From assembly GCA_041181205.1 (NCBI GenBank), contig JBEGPY010000001.1:1-52521 (forward strand): 52,521 nucleotides of DNA, read 5' to 3'. The notes under the pieces were generated by a model. That model did not search any database. It saw only the letters and a program-made list of their open reading frames with translations, and was not told the DNA's origin. The DNA is from Actinomycetota bacterium (GTDB lineage Bacteria; Actinomycetota; Actinomycetes; Nanopelagicales; Nanopelagicaceae). Made by a program: the position numbers and the translations under genes. Positions 10,420-22,194 of the stretch are shown one piece after another. Position 1 is the first letter of the stretch. Each line of letters opens with the position of its first letter.

Positions 10420-12171
10420 ATGTTAAGAACTCATGACGCAGGCTCATTGCGCAAATCCCATGCCGGAACGACCGTTACTTTGGCTGGCTGGGTTTCCAGG
10501 CGCCGCGATCATGGTGGAGTGGCTTTTATCGATCTGCGCGATGCCTCAGGTTCTGTTCAAGTAGTTATCCGTGATGAAAAGATGGCGGGTTCACTTCGCG
10601 CTGAGTGGTGTCTAATGATTACCGGTGAAGTTTTAGCTAGACCTGCCGGAAATGAGAATCCAAATATTCCGACCGGTGAAATTGAAATTATGGGTGACAT
10701 CGTTGTTGTTTTAAGTGAATCTGCGGCGTTGCCGTTTCCGGTTGATTCAGGAAATGATTCGGATATCAGCGAAGAAGTGCGCTTGAAGTATCGTTATTTA
10801 GATCTACGACGCGAGAAGCCAGCAGCAAATCTTCGCCTGCGTTCTAAGGTCACTTCAGTAATCCGTCGGGTGATGGAAGATGAAGCTTTTCTTGAGATTG
10901 AAACTCCATATTTAACCCGCTCAACACCAGAAGGTGCCCGTGACTTCTTAGTTCCAGTGCGTCTGCAGCCAGGTAGTTGGTATGCATTGCCTCAGTCACC
11001 ACAGCTCTTTAAGCAGTTGTTGATGGTGGCTGGAATGGAAAAGTACTACCAAATCGCACGTTGTTTTCGTGATGAGGACTTTAGAGCCGATCGCCAGCCA
11101 GAGTTCACACAGCTCGATATCGAAATGTCATTTATTGATCAAGAGGACATCTTGGCTGTTGCTGAAAAGATCGTTGCAAAGATTTGGAAAGAAGCTGTTG
11201 GTTACACCATCCCACTTCCGCTCCAGCGCATCGCGTATGCAGATGCAATGTCTCGCTACGGCTCAGATAAGCCCGATCTTCGTTTTGGATATGAATTAAC
11301 CGAGCAGACTCAATACTTCGCACAAACCACTTTTAGAGTTTTCCAAGCACCATACGTTGGAAGCGTTGTTATGCCTGGGGGAGCAGCATCACCTCGCCGT
11401 GAATTAGATGCGTGGCAAGACTGGGCTAAGGCGCGCGGTGCCAAGGGTCTTGCATACATCTTGGTAAATGAAGATGGAACTTTAGGCGGACCGGTTGCTA
11501 AGAATCTTTCAGAGCAAGAATCTGCAGGAATTGCAGCAGCAGCTGGAGCGAAGATTGGAGATGCAATCTTCTTTGCTGCAGGTGAGCGAAGCGCGTCACT
11601 GAGTTTGTTAGGAGCAGTTCGTTTAGAGATTGGTAAGCGTTGCAATTTGATTCCTGCAGATAAGTGGGAGTTCCTATGGGTTGTTGACGCACCTATGTTC
11701 GAGCCTACTGATAATGGTGGCTGGACTGCCGTTCACCACCCTTTTACTGGACCTAAGCCAGAGTTTGCACAAACATTTGCAAAGGATCCAGCTTCAGCTC
11801 TTGCATATGCCTATGACATTGTTTTAAATGGCACTGAATTAGGTGGTGGATCAATTCGTATCCATGATCGCCAAATTCAAAAAGATGTTTTCAACGTTAT
11901 TGGTTTAAGTGATGAAGAAGCACAGAGCAAGTTTGGTTTCCTACTAGAAGCCTTCAACTACGGACCACCTCCTCATGGTGGAATTGCATTGGGTCTTGAT
12001 CGTGTGTGTGCTTTGCTCACCGGTTCAGATTCGATCCGTGAAGTTATTGCTTTCCCAAAGACTGCAAGCGGTGGAGACCCATTAACGGGTGCTCCAACTC
12101 CTATTACTACGGCGCAACGCAAGGAGAGCGGTATTGATGGCGCTCCTAAAGCAGCGCCTCAGGTAGGCTAA
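10420..12171 (+). CDS. aspS: Aspartate--tRNA ligase, probably non-discriminating Asp/Asn type
   Basis: RRDHGG (His typical of ND-AspRS), [35 protein letters not shown]. Confidence 0.96.
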   Translation: MLRTHDAGSLRKSHAGTTVTLAGWVSRRRDHGGVAFIDLRDASGSVQVVIRDEKMAGSLRAEWCLMITGEVLARPAGNENPNIPTGEIEIMGDIVVVLSESAALPFPVDSGNDSDISEEVRLKYRYLDLRREKPAANLRLRSKVTSVIRRVMEDEAFLEIETPYLTRSTPEGARDFLVPVRLQPGSWYALPQSPQLFKQLLMVAGMEKYYQIARCFRDEDFRADRQPEFTQLDIEMSFIDQEDILAVAEKIVAKIWKEAVGYTIPLPLQRIAYADAMSRYGSDKPDLRFGYELTEQTQYFAQTTFRVFQAPYVGSVVMPGGAASPRRELDAWQDWAKARGAKGLAYILVNEDGTLGGPVAKNLSEQESAGIAAAAGAKIGDAIFFAAGERSASLSLLGAVRLEIGKRCNLIPADKWEFLWVVDAPMFEPTDNGGWTAVHHPFTGPKPEFAQTFAKDPASALAYAYDIVLNGTELGGGSIRIHDRQIQKDVFNVIGLSDEEAQSKFGFLLEAFNYGPPPHGGIALGLDRVCALLTGSDSIREVIAFPKTASGGDPLTGAPTPITTAQRKESGIDGAPKAAPQVG

Positions 12172-12175
12172 CAAC

Positions 12176-12532
12176 ATGGGTCCAGGTGGAGTTGCAACAA
12201 TAATCGCTAGTTGCGCGCTGATGGTTATCGCCATTGCAGTCGCCTACGTGATTATTCGTCTTGGCCGTTTTATTGATGAGGCTAAAGCTTCTCTGAAAGT
12301 AATCACCGATGAAGCTGCACCGTTAATTGATGAAGTTCACACCACTGTTACTTTGGTCAACGGACCACTTAAGAGCATCAATCGCATTACTAAAAACGCT
12401 GAAGATCTCTCTGACAAAGTAAATGAAGCCACAACCTCTTTCATGAACAAAAATGGCTCAGCCGTTAAAGTGGCCGGAGCTTTGCTTTCTGCTGCATCTA
12501 AGAAATCTCGATCTAAGAAGAAGGCTGAGTGA
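12176..12532 (+). CDS. DUF948 family single-TM protein
   Basis: N-terminal TM helix then coiled-coil; usual position before alaS in Actinobacteria. Confidence 0.7.
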   Translation: MGPGGVATIIASCALMVIAIAVAYVIIRLGRFIDEAKASLKVITDEAAPLIDEVHTTVTLVNGPLKSINRITKNAEDLSDKVNEATTSFMNKNGSAVKVAGALLSAASKKSRSKKKAE

Positions 12533-12541
12533 TCCCCACAA

Positions 12542-15214
12542 GTGGAATCCGCCGAGATCCGTTCGCGCTGGCTGCGCTTCTTTGAATCAGATAACCGTCA
12601 AGGGTTAACTCACACCGTCGTTCCTTCGGCGTCTTTGATCGCTGATGATCCCAATCTTTTGCTCGTGAATGCAGGGATGGTTCCTTTTAAGCCATATTTC
12701 CTCGGTGAAATTACTCCGCCATACAAGCGTGCAACTTCAGTTCAAAAGTGTGTTCGGACATTAGATATTGATGAAGTAGGTAAGACAACGCGTCACGCTT
12801 CATTTTTCCAGATGTGTGGAAACTTCTCCTTTGGTGATTACTTCAAAGAGGGTGCGATTGCACTTGCGTGGGAGCTACTGACTCGTCCCATTAATGATGG
12901 TGGTTATGGTTTTGCAGAGGATCGTTTATGGGTCACGGTTTATCTAGATGATGACGAAGCTGCAGATATTTGGCATACCAAGGTGGGTGTGCCAAAAGAG
13001 CGCATCCAACGTCGCGATATGGAAGATAACTTTTGGTCGATGGGTGTTCCAGGACCATGTGGTCCGTGTTCTGAGATTTATTATGATCGTGGCCCTGCAT
13101 ATGGCGCAGAAGGCGGACCGATTGCAGATGAAAACCGTTATATGGAAGTGTGGAATCTAGTGTTCATGCAAAATGAGCGCGGAGTTGGTTCTGGCAAAAA
13201 CGATTTCCCCATTCTTGGAGAACTTCCAGCAAAGAGTATTGATACTGGTTTAGGACTTGAGCGCATGGCCGCTCTATTGCAAGGCGTTGAGAACATTTAC
13301 GAAATTGATACAACGATGCAGATTTTGACTAAGGCATCACAGCTCACAGGTGTTAAATACGGTTCATCTGAAAAATCAGATATCTCACTGCGCATCATTG
13401 CCGATCATGCTCGAACTTCAGCAATGCTCATTGGTGATGGAGTAACACCTGGAAATGAAGGCCGCGGATATGTTCTGCGTCGAATGATGCGTCGCACCAT
13501 TCGTAACATGCGCCTACTTGGATCTATGGATCCCATTATGTCTGAGCTCACTGTGGCAGCAATTGGTGCAATGGGGGCTCAGTATCCAGAGCTAGTTACT
13601 GATTCAAAGCGCATCCTTTCAGTGAGCGTTTCGGAAGAAGAAAGTTTCTTGCAAACACTTAAGAGTGGAACACAGATTTTCGATGTGGCAAGTGCAGCGT
13701 TGAAGAAAAGCAAGAGCGCAGTTCTTCCCGGAGAAGATGCCTTCAAACTCCATGACACCTATGGATTTCCTTTTGATCTCACTCTAGAAATGGCGCGTGA
13801 AGAGGGTCTAGAAGTAGATGAAGATGGCTTCCGCCGTTTAATGAAGGAACAAAAGGATCGCGCTAAAGCCGACTCTAAGGCTAAAAAGAGTGGTCATACA
13901 GATCTCTCCGTTTATCGCCAAGTGGCAGATAAGAATGGTAAATCAGAGTTCATTGGGTATTCACATCTGACAAGTGAAGCAAAAGTAACTGCTGTTCTAG
14001 TTGATGGAAATTTGGTTGGCTCAGCTGGCACGGATGAGGATGTTGAAATTGTTCTAGATCGCACACCTTTCTATGCCGAAGGTGGTGGCCAGTTAGCAGA
14101 TGGCGGAAGGATTACCTTGGCTAATGGCGCCGTCGTTGAGATTGATGATGTACAAACTCCAGTGCCAGGTGTATTTGTTCACCGTGGTCGAGTTCTCTCT
14201 GGATCACTTGAAAGTGGATCCCAGGGACAAGCAGCTATCGATGTTGAACGCCGGGATGCTATTTCTCGTGCTCACACTGCAACACACATGGTCCACAAAG
14301 CCTTTCGCGAACTATTAGGAGAAACTGCCACACAGGCAGGTTCTGAGAACTCACCAGGAAGATTCCGTTTTGATTTCCCTTCAACTGGGGCAGTTCCTGC
14401 ATCTGTTCTCAATGATGTTGAATCTCGCGTTAATACTTTGCTACTAGATAATTTAGAAATTAGCGCAGAAGTGATGTCACAAGAGGCCGCTAAGAAGATC
14501 GGGGCCATGGCCCTGTTTGGTGAGAAGTACGGTGACCAAGTCCGTGTTGTGAGCGTCGGTGACTGGGCCCGCGAACTCTGCGGTGGAACACACGTATCTC
14601 GCTCTGGTCAATTAGGAGTAGTTAAACTTTTGAGTGAATCATCAATTGGTGCCGGAGTCCGCCGCGTTGAAGCTCTTGTGGGTGTTGATGCTTATAAGTT
14701 TTTGGCTCGCGAACATGTCTTGCTCAACTCTCTTACAGAGATTATCAAGGGTGCCCGAGTTGAAGAGCTTCCAGAGCGCATTAATGGGTTGATCAACTCT
14801 ATGAAAGAGATTGAAAAAGAGCTAAGTGTCTTGCGTTCTGCTCAGGCACTTTCACAAGTGGGAGAGATAGCCAAGAGTGCAAAGGTTATTAATGGAACAA
14901 CAGTCATTACATCTGTCCTAGGTGATGGTATTTCTGGAGATGATTTAAGAAAGATTGCTTTGGAATTACGTTCAAAGGCTGCAAACAGCGTTGTTGCACT
15001 CATCAGTGTGAATGATTCAAAGCCGGTATTAGTTGTGGCGGCCAGTGATGCAGCTCGTGCTGCTGGTGTTAAGGCAGGAGCGTTAGTAAAGATTGGTTCA
15101 ACGGTATTAGGCGGAGGCGGAGGCGGCAAAGATGACTTCGCCCAAGGCGGAGGAATAGATGCGGCTAAATCAGTTGAAGCATTAGCCGCAATTTCACAAG
15201 CCCTCGTTGGATAA
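12542..15214 (+). CDS. alaS: Alanine--tRNA ligase
   Basis: [23 protein letters not shown], editing HTATH...ELCGGTH, C-terminal GGGGGG. Confidence 0.98.
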   Translation: MESAEIRSRWLRFFESDNRQGLTHTVVPSASLIADDPNLLLVNAGMVPFKPYFLGEITPPYKRATSVQKCVRTLDIDEVGKTTRHASFFQMCGNFSFGDYFKEGAIALAWELLTRPINDGGYGFAEDRLWVTVYLDDDEAADIWHTKVGVPKERIQRRDMEDNFWSMGVPGPCGPCSEIYYDRGPAYGAEGGPIADENRYMEVWNLVFMQNERGVGSGKNDFPILGELPAKSIDTGLGLERMAALLQGVENIYEIDTTMQILTKASQLTGVKYGSSEKSDISLRIIADHARTSAMLIGDGVTPGNEGRGYVLRRMMRRTIRNMRLLGSMDPIMSELTVAAIGAMGAQYPELVTDSKRILSVSVSEEESFLQTLKSGTQIFDVASAALKKSKSAVLPGEDAFKLHDTYGFPFDLTLEMAREEGLEVDEDGFRRLMKEQKDRAKADSKAKKSGHTDLSVYRQVADKNGKSEFIGYSHLTSEAKVTAVLVDGNLVGSAGTDEDVEIVLDRTPFYAEGGGQLADGGRITLANGAVVEIDDVQTPVPGVFVHRGRVLSGSLESGSQGQAAIDVERRDAISRAHTATHMVHKAFRELLGETATQAGSENSPGRFRFDFPSTGAVPASVLNDVESRVNTLLLDNLEISAEVMSQEAAKKIGAMALFGEKYGDQVRVVSVGDWARELCGGTHVSRSGQLGVVKLLSESSIGAGVRRVEALVGVDAYKFLAREHVLLNSLTEIIKGARVEELPERINGLINSMKEIEKELSVLRSAQALSQVGEIAKSAKVINGTTVITSVLGDGISGDDLRKIALELRSKAANSVVALISVNDSKPVLVVAASDAARAAGVKAGALVKIGSTVLGGGGGGKDDFAQGGGIDAAKSVEALAAISQALVG

Positions 15215-15221
15215 TCACTCC

Positions 15222-15647
15222 ATGCAAAGAGGTCGCCGAATCGCCTTTGATTATGGCGATGTCAGAATCGGCGTTGCAGTCTGTGATCCAGATGGCATAT
15301 TAGCTACTCCGGTGTCAACGCTTACCAGGAGTGATATAAAACTTAAAGACCAGATTATGCAAATTTTGGCCGAATATGAGCCCATTCATATCTATGTTGG
15401 TAAACCCTCGCATATGGATGGAGGAGAAAGTCTGTCAGCCATCAAAGCGACTAATTTCGCAAAGATGTTGCGTGAAGTGACATCTTGCCCAGTGACCTTA
15501 ATTGATGAGCGCTTAAGTACCGTTACAGCCACACGCAATATGCGAGATTCTGGCGTTAATAGCAAAGATGCGCGAGCTTCAATCGATCAAGCTGCAGCTG
15601 TAGCGATCTTGAACTTTGCGTTAGAAATTGAAAAGAAGCAAGGATGA
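15222..15647 (+). CDS. ruvX: RuvX/YqgF pre-16S rRNA nuclease
   Basis: AFDYGDVRIGVAVCD, DERLST, IDQAAAVAIL. Confidence 0.93.
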   Translation: MQRGRRIAFDYGDVRIGVAVCDPDGILATPVSTLTRSDIKLKDQIMQILAEYEPIHIYVGKPSHMDGGESLSAIKATNFAKMLREVTSCPVTLIDERLSTVTATRNMRDSGVNSKDARASIDQAAAVAILNFALEIEKKQG

Positions 15648-16675
15648 AGATATTCAATAATCCTCTTGTTCGTATCATCGCAGCTTTCTTGTTTGTGGGA
15701 GTCCTTAGTCTCTCTATTCACTCAGTTAGATCGAATGTTTCAGCAGCACCCGATTTTCCAATATCGACTATTGAAGCTAAATCTAAGATTGTAGTGATCG
15801 AAATTCCAACAGGTGCTACGGGTTCTGATGTGGGACGAATACTCTATGAAAACAATGTGACTAAGTCCGCACTTGCATACTTTCGAGCCGCAGTTGCTGA
15901 TCCGCGCTCTGCCCAGGTGGCCCCGGGGGCACATGAGTTGAATGTAGAGATTTCTGCACGTCAAGCGTTAGAACAACTACTTGATCCTGCGCGTATACCT
16001 AACCTGATAAAGATTTTTGAAGGTGGATGGAAAAGTGAAATCGTTGACTCACTTATTAAGTATGGCTTCACTAAAAATGAAGTTGATACTGCCTTCAAGA
16101 AAGTAGCCCTCCCTGAAGGTTTTTCAAACGCGGAAGGTTTGCTTTTCCCAGCACAGTATTCATTCCCAGCAGGCACGAGTGCGTTAGAGGCTGTGCAAGC
16201 GATGGTTGATCGCTTTTTGGGTGAAGTGACTGGGCGACAGATGTTAGCTTCTCAAGGCAAATTAACTCCAGCACAGTTGCTCATTATTGCTTCCTTGATT
16301 CAAGCTGAGGGAGATACAAAAGATTTTGATAAGGTCTCGCGCGTTATTAGAAATCGTCTAGATATTTTCATGCCATTGCAGTTGGATTCGACCGTTCATT
16401 ATGTAAAAAAAGTGCGTGGGCAAATCTTTTTGAGCACTAATTCCACCTTGATTAAGTCCCCCTACAACACCTACAGAAATTACGGTCTTCCACCAACACC
16501 GATCGGTAATCCAGGCGCCCAAGCGATAGCCGCTGCTTTAAAACCAGCCGTCGGGGATTGGTTGTTCTTCATTACAGTTGCTCCTGGGGACACACGGTTC
16601 ACCCGCTCTAATGATGAGTTCCTCAGGTGGAAAGCACTCTATGAGAAAAACAGAAAGGCAGGAGCATTCAAATGA
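15644..16675 (+). CDS. mltG: Endolytic transglycosylase MltG
   Basis: N-terminal TM, EGLLFPAQY, ASLIQAE, LQLDST, SPYNTY, GLPPTPIGNPG. Confidence 0.94.
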   Translation: MKIFNNPLVRIIAAFLFVGVLSLSIHSVRSNVSAAPDFPISTIEAKSKIVVIEIPTGATGSDVGRILYENNVTKSALAYFRAAVADPRSAQVAPGAHELNVEISARQALEQLLDPARIPNLIKIFEGGWKSEIVDSLIKYGFTKNEVDTAFKKVALPEGFSNAEGLLFPAQYSFPAGTSALEAVQAMVDRFLGEVTGRQMLASQGKLTPAQLLIIASLIQAEGDTKDFDKVSRVIRNRLDIFMPLQLDSTVHYVKKVRGQIFLSTNSTLIKSPYNTYRNYGLPPTPIGNPGAQAIAAALKPAVGDWLFFITVAPGDTRFTRSNDEFLRWKALYEKNRKAGAFK

Positions 16676-17475
16676 TTAAAGCTGCCGTCTTGGGTTCACC
16701 CATTTCTCACTCATTGAGTCCTTTGCTCCATAACACGGCTTACGAACAGTTGGGAGTCAAAGGCAGTTATGAGGCTATAGAAGTCAAAGCCGGTGGATTA
16801 GCTAAGTTCATGGATGGCAGAGATGAGAGTTGGACTGGGTTCTCATTAACTATGCCGCTCAAAGAGGAGGCAGTCACATGTGCCCAACACGTTGATGAAT
16901 TAGCAAAGCGAATTAATAGTGCAAATACTTTGTATAGGGATGGGGGAGCGTGGCACGCTACGTCAACTGACGTTCTCGGTTTTTCTCAAGCGCTTAAGTC
17001 TCGCAAGATTGATATCAAGGGCCACGTTGTCATTCTTGGCGCTGGAGCAACAGCGCGTGCTGCAGCGGCAGCTTGCGATGGTGCAGCAGAGCATATAACT
17101 GTGATTAACCGTTCTCTTTCCAGAATTGCAGGGATGTCAGATGCGGTTCTTGAGTCTGAGTTAAGTTTTCTGAATTGGGATGATCTGAGCATTCTTTCTG
17201 ATGCTGATTTAGTAATCAGCACTGCACCAGCGGGTGTTACAGATTCAATTGAGTTACCTAGAAAAACTTCCACTCCTTTTTTCGAAGCTCTCTACAAGCC
17301 TTGGCCAACACCAGCTTCAGCGCTATGGGCATTACGCGGTGGAACTGTCATTGATGGTTTAGATCTGTTGATTCATCAAGCGATTGCGCAGATATCGATT
17401 TTCACAGGCGCAGCTTTTGATACTTCAGCGATGTATACCAAACTGCGCAGCGTGGGGTTAGCTGCGCTTAAGTAA
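16672..17475 (+). CDS. aroE: Shikimate dehydrogenase
   Basis: GSPISHSLSP, TMPLK, ANT, GAGATA, GLDLLIHQA. Confidence 0.95.
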   Translation: MIKAAVLGSPISHSLSPLLHNTAYEQLGVKGSYEAIEVKAGGLAKFMDGRDESWTGFSLTMPLKEEAVTCAQHVDELAKRINSANTLYRDGGAWHATSTDVLGFSQALKSRKIDIKGHVVILGAGATARAAAAACDGAAEHITVINRSLSRIAGMSDAVLESELSFLNWDDLSILSDADLVISTAPAGVTDSIELPRKTSTPFFEALYKPWPTPASALWALRGGTVIDGLDLLIHQAIAQISIFTGAAFDTSAMYTKLRSVGLAALK

Positions 17476-17496
17476 TCCACAGTCTACATCCACAGT
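17475..17496 (+). repeat. Tandem direct repeat ATCCACAGT (17475-17483, 17488-17496)
   Basis: Two identical 9-mers, 13-bp period, just upstream of the TACTCT -10 (17511-17516) of the prepilin peptidase gene. Confidence 0.75.
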
Positions 17497-17522
17497 TATT
17501 TCAAAAACCCTACTCTTCATGA

Positions 17523-17924
17523 GTGCTCTATCTCCTCTTTGCGATTCCGATATCGATAGCGGATCTATCGCAGCGTAAAATTCCAAATATTTATCTGCAG
17601 CTCTACGCCTACTACGTTGCGCTCCTATTAGTAGTGAATGGATTGCCAAGTGCATCATTGATGCTCATAGTTATCCTCACTCTTGGCCTATTGTCCATTT
17701 TCGGAGTTGGGATGGGCGACTGCAAGTTATTGGCTTTGATTATTGTGATGGTAGAGATTTCCAATCTCCAAGAATTCGGGCAGCTTTTAATAGCGATACT
17801 TTTAACCTCTCTCATTGAAATTATGCTTAGATGGGGATATTCCAAGGTTTTGCCTAGAACTATTGCCATGGCACCAGCGATATTTCTTGGAACAAGCCTT
17901 TATTTGGCAACGGGCGGGAGCTAA
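17523..17924 (+). CDS. Short A24 family prepilin peptidase
   Basis: Hydrophobic; two catalytic-type Asp motifs [11 protein letters not shown] and GMGDCKL; usual position after aroE. Confidence 0.82.
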   Translation: MLYLLFAIPISIADLSQRKIPNIYLQLYAYYVALLLVVNGLPSASLMLIVILTLGLLSIFGVGMGDCKLLALIIVMVEISNLQEFGQLLIAILLTSLIEIMLRWGYSKVLPRTIAMAPAIFLGTSLYLATGGS

Positions 17925-17943
17925 TTTCTGCAAGAATAGGCAC

Positions 17944-19125
17944 ATGCGTTGGTTAACTGCGGGTGAATCACATGGTCAAGCACTCAGTGCCATCATCGAG
18001 GGAATCCCTGCTTCGGTGGAAATCACGACAGCAGACATCGATCACCATCTTCAGCGCCGCCGCCTTGGTTATGGGCGAGGGGCTCGACAAAATTTTGAAG
18101 CAGATAAGGTCACGATTCTTGGTGGAATTCGTTTAGGGCTTACACAAGGTGGACCCATTGCAATCCAAGTTGGTAATTCAGAGTGGCCTAAATGGGAAAA
18201 AGTTATGTCAGCAGATCCTGTTCCTGAGGATGAAATCAAAGATTTGGCCCGTAATGCACCATTAACTCGACCACGTCCAGGCCATGCAGATCTAGTTGGT
18301 ATGCAAAAATATAATTTCAATGACGCACGACCAATTTTAGAACGAGCAAGCGCTCGTGAAACGGCCTCCCGAGTTGCACTTGGCGCAGTTGCTCGCAGTT
18401 TCCTTGAACAGAGTGTTGGAATTACTATTTTGTCTCACGTTTTATCCATTGGAAAAGTACGTGTGAGTGATGATTATGTGCTGCCTAATGCAAATGACAT
18501 GGCAAGAATTGATAAGGATCTAGTTCGTTGCGCCGATGAAGTAACAAGTGCCTTAATGATCAAAGAGATCGAAGCTGCTCACGCAGATGGTGACACTTTA
18601 GGGGGAGTAGTAGAAGTTTTAGCATTCAATATGCCCCCAGGCTTGGGTTCATATGTTCATTCAGATCGCAGACTTGATGCTCGGTTAGCGGGAGCGTTGA
18701 TGGGAATTCAAGCCATTAAAGGTGTTGAAGTCGGCGATGGCTTTGAAACTGCTACGCGCCGTGGGTCAGTTGCACATGATGAGATTGAAAAGAATAAAGA
18801 AGGCAAGATTGTTCGCCGCACAGATCGTGCTGGGGGAACAGAAGGTGGGATGTCCAATGGTGAGGTCCTACGTGTTCGCGCAGCGATGAAGCCAATCTCT
18901 ACAGTGCCTAAAGCATTAGATACGATCGATGTTGCTACTGGAGAAAGTGCCAAGGCAATCAACCAACGATCTGATGTCTGCGCAGTGCCCGCAGCCGGAG
19001 TAGTTGCTGAAGCGATGGTGGCACTTGTTTTAGCCGAGGCAGTACTTGAAAAATTCGGTGGTGATTCAGTAACCGAAACACGCCGCAATTTCAATAGCTA
19101 CATGCAGAACCTGAACTTTTCATAA
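17944..19125 (+). CDS. aroC: Chorismate synthase
   Basis: [38 protein letters not shown]. Confidence 0.97.
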   Translation: MRWLTAGESHGQALSAIIEGIPASVEITTADIDHHLQRRRLGYGRGARQNFEADKVTILGGIRLGLTQGGPIAIQVGNSEWPKWEKVMSADPVPEDEIKDLARNAPLTRPRPGHADLVGMQKYNFNDARPILERASARETASRVALGAVARSFLEQSVGITILSHVLSIGKVRVSDDYVLPNANDMARIDKDLVRCADEVTSALMIKEIEAAHADGDTLGGVVEVLAFNMPPGLGSYVHSDRRLDARLAGALMGIQAIKGVEVGDGFETATRRGSVAHDEIEKNKEGKIVRRTDRAGGTEGGMSNGEVLRVRAAMKPISTVPKALDTIDVATGESAKAINQRSDVCAVPAAGVVAEAMVALVLAEAVLEKFGGDSVTETRRNFNSYMQNLNFS

Positions 19126-19127
19126 AG

Positions 19128-19628
19128 ATGCCTCGCCTTATATTGATTGGGCCACCAGGTTGCGGTAAATCCACTGTGGGCGCAGCATTAGCCAACAAAC
19201 TCTCTATTGAGTTTATCGATACTGATTCTGCAATCGAAGCTTCCTACGGTCATAAGATCTCAGATATTTTTGTTGATAAAGGTGAAGAGTTCTTTCGTGA
19301 TTTAGAGTTCACCACTTTGACCCAATCTCTATCTGTGAGCGATTGCGTTCTCTCCCTTGGCGGCGGTGCACCGATTGCATCGAGATCCCAGGATCTACTT
19401 AAAAGCTCACAAACCCCAGTTTTCTTTTTGGATGTTTCATTAGCAGTTGCAGCACCACGAGTGGGCTTTAACCGTGACAGACCGCTTCTCTTAGGTAATC
19501 CAAGAGCGCAGTGGCAAGCGCTAGCAGAGACACGTAGGCCAATCTATGAATCCTTAGCTAGCTTTGTCATTAAAGTTGATGCCATGACAGTCAAAGATGT
19601 TGTTGACGAGATTGAAGCAAAGTTATGA
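19128..19628 (+). CDS. aroK: Shikimate kinase
   Basis: GPPGCGKST, GEEFFRDLE, SLGGG, RPLL. Confidence 0.95.
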   Translation: MPRLILIGPPGCGKSTVGAALANKLSIEFIDTDSAIEASYGHKISDIFVDKGEEFFRDLEFTTLTQSLSVSDCVLSLGGGAPIASRSQDLLKSSQTPVFFLDVSLAVAAPRVGFNRDRPLLLGNPRAQWQALAETRRPIYESLASFVIKVDAMTVKDVVDEIEAKL

Positions 19629-20683
19629 TTCACACAATCAGGGTCCACGCAGAGCATGAGTATGACGTAGTCATTGGTTGCGAGTGGCAAAAGAGCCTAA
19701 AGCAATCGTTAGATTCATACACCCGTGTTGCCCTCATCTATTCATCAGCAATGCGTGATCAAATCAAAGGTTTTCAACCAGAGAACACTGAGATCCATTA
19801 CTTCGAAGTCGCCGATGGTGAAGGAGCAAAGACCGCTCAATCCCTGCAATCGCTATGGAATTGGTTAGGGGCTGCTGGTTTTACTCGTTCGGATGCGCTC
19901 GTCGGTGTTGGCGGGGGAACAATCACAGATTTAGCAGGTTTTGCCGCAGCATCCTGGCTACGCGGTATCGACTGGATCGCTGTGCCGACGACAGTAGCTG
20001 GCATGGTTGATGCGGCAATCGGTGGAAAAACTGGAATAAATAGTGATTATGGCAAGAATCTCATTGGTGCTTTTCATTCACCGCAGAGAGTTCTGATTGA
20101 CACTTCCTGGCTAAAAACACTAAGCGATAGAGATTTTGCAGCAGGATTGGCGGAAGTGGTCAAATGTGGTTTTATTGTCGATGCACAGATCCTAGAGTTG
20201 ATAAAAGATAAGAATCTTTCGCAGATTCGCGGTGATGCCTCACTTGTTCAAGATTTGATAACCCGTTCGGTTGCAGTCAAAGCCCATGTTGTGGCAAGTG
20301 ATTTCAAGGAATCATTTGGGCGAGAAGTTCTCAACTACGGACATACTTTGGGTCATGCCATTGAAACCCATAGCAAATACTCTTTGCGCCATGGTGAAGC
20401 TGTAGCAATTGGTCTGGTCTTTGCAGCCCAACTCTCTGGAGTCAAAGGTTTGCTGGATTCAAAGAGCATTGCTCTGCACGAACAAATTTTGAATGACATT
20501 GGGTTGCCAACTAAATACCCAAGTGATGCATGGAAACATCTTTATCCACTGCTTGCCTTGGACAAGAAATCTCGTGGCCATCAACTGCGATTTGTGGGCT
20601 TGAGTGGCATCGGTAAGACCTTGCGCATAGAGGATGCAAATGAAAGCGAACTTCGCTTAGCGTATGAGAGAATTAGCGCATGA
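19625..20683 (+). CDS. aroB: 3-dehydroquinate synthase
   Basis: GGGTITD, PTT, DAAIGGKTGIN, GKNLIGAF, LNYGHTLGHAIE, HGEAV. Confidence 0.96.
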   Translation: MIHTIRVHAEHEYDVVIGCEWQKSLKQSLDSYTRVALIYSSAMRDQIKGFQPENTEIHYFEVADGEGAKTAQSLQSLWNWLGAAGFTRSDALVGVGGGTITDLAGFAAASWLRGIDWIAVPTTVAGMVDAAIGGKTGINSDYGKNLIGAFHSPQRVLIDTSWLKTLSDRDFAAGLAEVVKCGFIVDAQILELIKDKNLSQIRGDASLVQDLITRSVAVKAHVVASDFKESFGREVLNYGHTLGHAIETHSKYSLRHGEAVAIGLVFAAQLSGVKGLLDSKSIALHEQILNDIGLPTKYPSDAWKHLYPLLALDKKSRGHQLRFVGLSGIGKTLRIEDANESELRLAYERISA

Positions 20684-21111
20684 AGATTATGGTTATCAAC
20701 GGCCCAAATTTGGCCCGTCTGGACATTCGTGACTCTTCAATTTATGGAGATCTTAATTATGCTGAGCTTAAATCTTTCATTGAAACTAGTGCGGTGGCGG
20801 CGGGAATGCAGGCCGATGTCCGACAGAGCAATGATGAGGCCACAATTATTGGATGGTTGCATGAAGCCGCTGATGCCAAGTTACCGGTCATTATCAACCC
20901 TGCAGCCTTTACACATTATTCTTATGCAATCCGCGATGCCGCAGAGATTTTGAAAGCACCATTAATCGAAGTGCACTTATCAAATCCAATGGCACGTGAA
21001 GAGTTCCGTCACACTTCAGTAATCTCTGGTGTGGCAACAGGGACAATTGCCGGTTTTGGTCCCAATTCCTATGTTTTAGCGATTAACGCCCTTAAATCCT
21101 TGCTTGGCTAA
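20680..21111 (+). CDS. aroQ: Type II 3-dehydroquinate dehydratase
   Basis: NGPNL, IYG, NPAAFTHYS, EVHLSN, REEFRH. Confidence 0.96.
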   Translation: MKIMVINGPNLARLDIRDSSIYGDLNYAELKSFIETSAVAAGMQADVRQSNDEATIIGWLHEAADAKLPVIINPAAFTHYSYAIRDAAEILKAPLIEVHLSNPMAREEFRHTSVISGVATGTIAGFGPNSYVLAINALKSLLG

Positions 21112-21211
21112 GTCGAAAAATCGCCCCGTAAATACGGGTATCCTTAGCCTCTTGTCATTGACAATCAATGGCCGTAAATAATTCCCTACAGACATGAGTG
21201 GAGCTTGAACC

Positions 21212-21772
21212 GTGGCAACAACAGCTGATCTAAAAAATGGAATTACTCTTGAGATTGAAACCCAGCTTTGGACGGTCGTTGAGTTCCAGCATGTCAAGCC
21301 AGGTAAGGGACCAGCTTTCGTTCGCACGAAGCTCAAGTCAGTTTTGACTGGAAAAGTTATTGATCGCACATTCAACTCCGGCGTGAAGATCGATATCGCT
21401 ATTTTGGAAAAGCGCGACATGCAGTATTTGTATAAAGAAGGTGATGATTTCGTATTTATGGATAGCAAAACTTATGACCAGATGACTATTCCTATGGGTG
21501 TAGTGGGGGATATGGCTAACTACATGCTAGAAAATACAGATGCAGTAGTTGCAATCAACGAGGGAAATCCACTTTATATTGAGTTAGCTGCATCAGTTCC
21601 TTTGCGTATCACCTACACAGAGCCAGGAATTCAGGGAGATCGCTCTTCTGGCGGAACTAAGCCGGCAACAGTTGAAACCGGAATTGAGATTCAGGTCCCA
21701 CTCTTTATCAAGCAGGATGAAATCGTCATGGTTGATACACGTGATGGGTCATACCAAGGCCGCGCCAACTAG
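21212..21772 (+). CDS. efp: Elongation factor P
   Basis: [14 protein letters not shown] loop, [13 protein letters not shown]. Confidence 0.97.
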   Translation: MATTADLKNGITLEIETQLWTVVEFQHVKPGKGPAFVRTKLKSVLTGKVIDRTFNSGVKIDIAILEKRDMQYLYKEGDDFVFMDSKTYDQMTIPMGVVGDMANYMLENTDAVVAINEGNPLYIELAASVPLRITYTEPGIQGDRSSGGTKPATVETGIEIQVPLFIKQDEIVMVDTRDGSYQGRAN

Positions 21773-22194
21773 TGTCTGCTCGCAGTAAGGCAAGAAAGCA
21801 AGCGTTAGACCTGCTTTTTGAAGCTGATATTCGAGGGACAAACTCTTTAGAGCTTCTCAATGCTAGAGATATTGTTGAAGAAGGTCCTGATGCCAGACCG
21901 ATCCGTGAATACACACGCTCACTTGTTGTTGGCGTCAATGAGAACACTCGAAAAATTGACGAACTTATTACCACCTATGCCCAAGGCTGGGATATGGATC
22001 GACTTCCAAATGTTGATCGCAACATCTTGCGTTTAGCCATCTATGAGATTTTGTGGGCTGCAGATATTCCAGACAGTGTTGCGATAGATGAGGCGTTGAG
22101 TTTGGCTAAAGAGCTCTCTACCGATGAATCATCTGGCTTTATCCATGGTGTTTTGGGTCGAATCTCATCACTTAAAGAGAACTTGTCCCTTTAG
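21772..22194 (+). CDS. nusB: Transcription antitermination factor NusB
   Basis: ARSKARK arginine-rich N-terminus, DRNILRLA, AIDEA, FIHGVLG. Confidence 0.96.
   Translation: MSARSKARKQALDLLFEADIRGTNSLELLNARDIVEEGPDARPIREYTRSLVVGVNENTRKIDELITTYAQGWDMDRLPNVDRNILRLAIYEILWAADIPDSVAIDEALSLAKELSTDESSGFIHGVLGRISSLKENLSL

Noticed and set aside
15110-15155. GGCGGA-type short repeats at the alaS 3' end
   Set aside because: Encode the conserved poly-Gly motif of AlaRS
17473-17496. DnaA-box-like sequences as a replication origin
   Set aside because: Only two imperfect boxes in a 47-bp spacer, no dnaA/dnaN context or unwinding element; kept only as a regulatory motif
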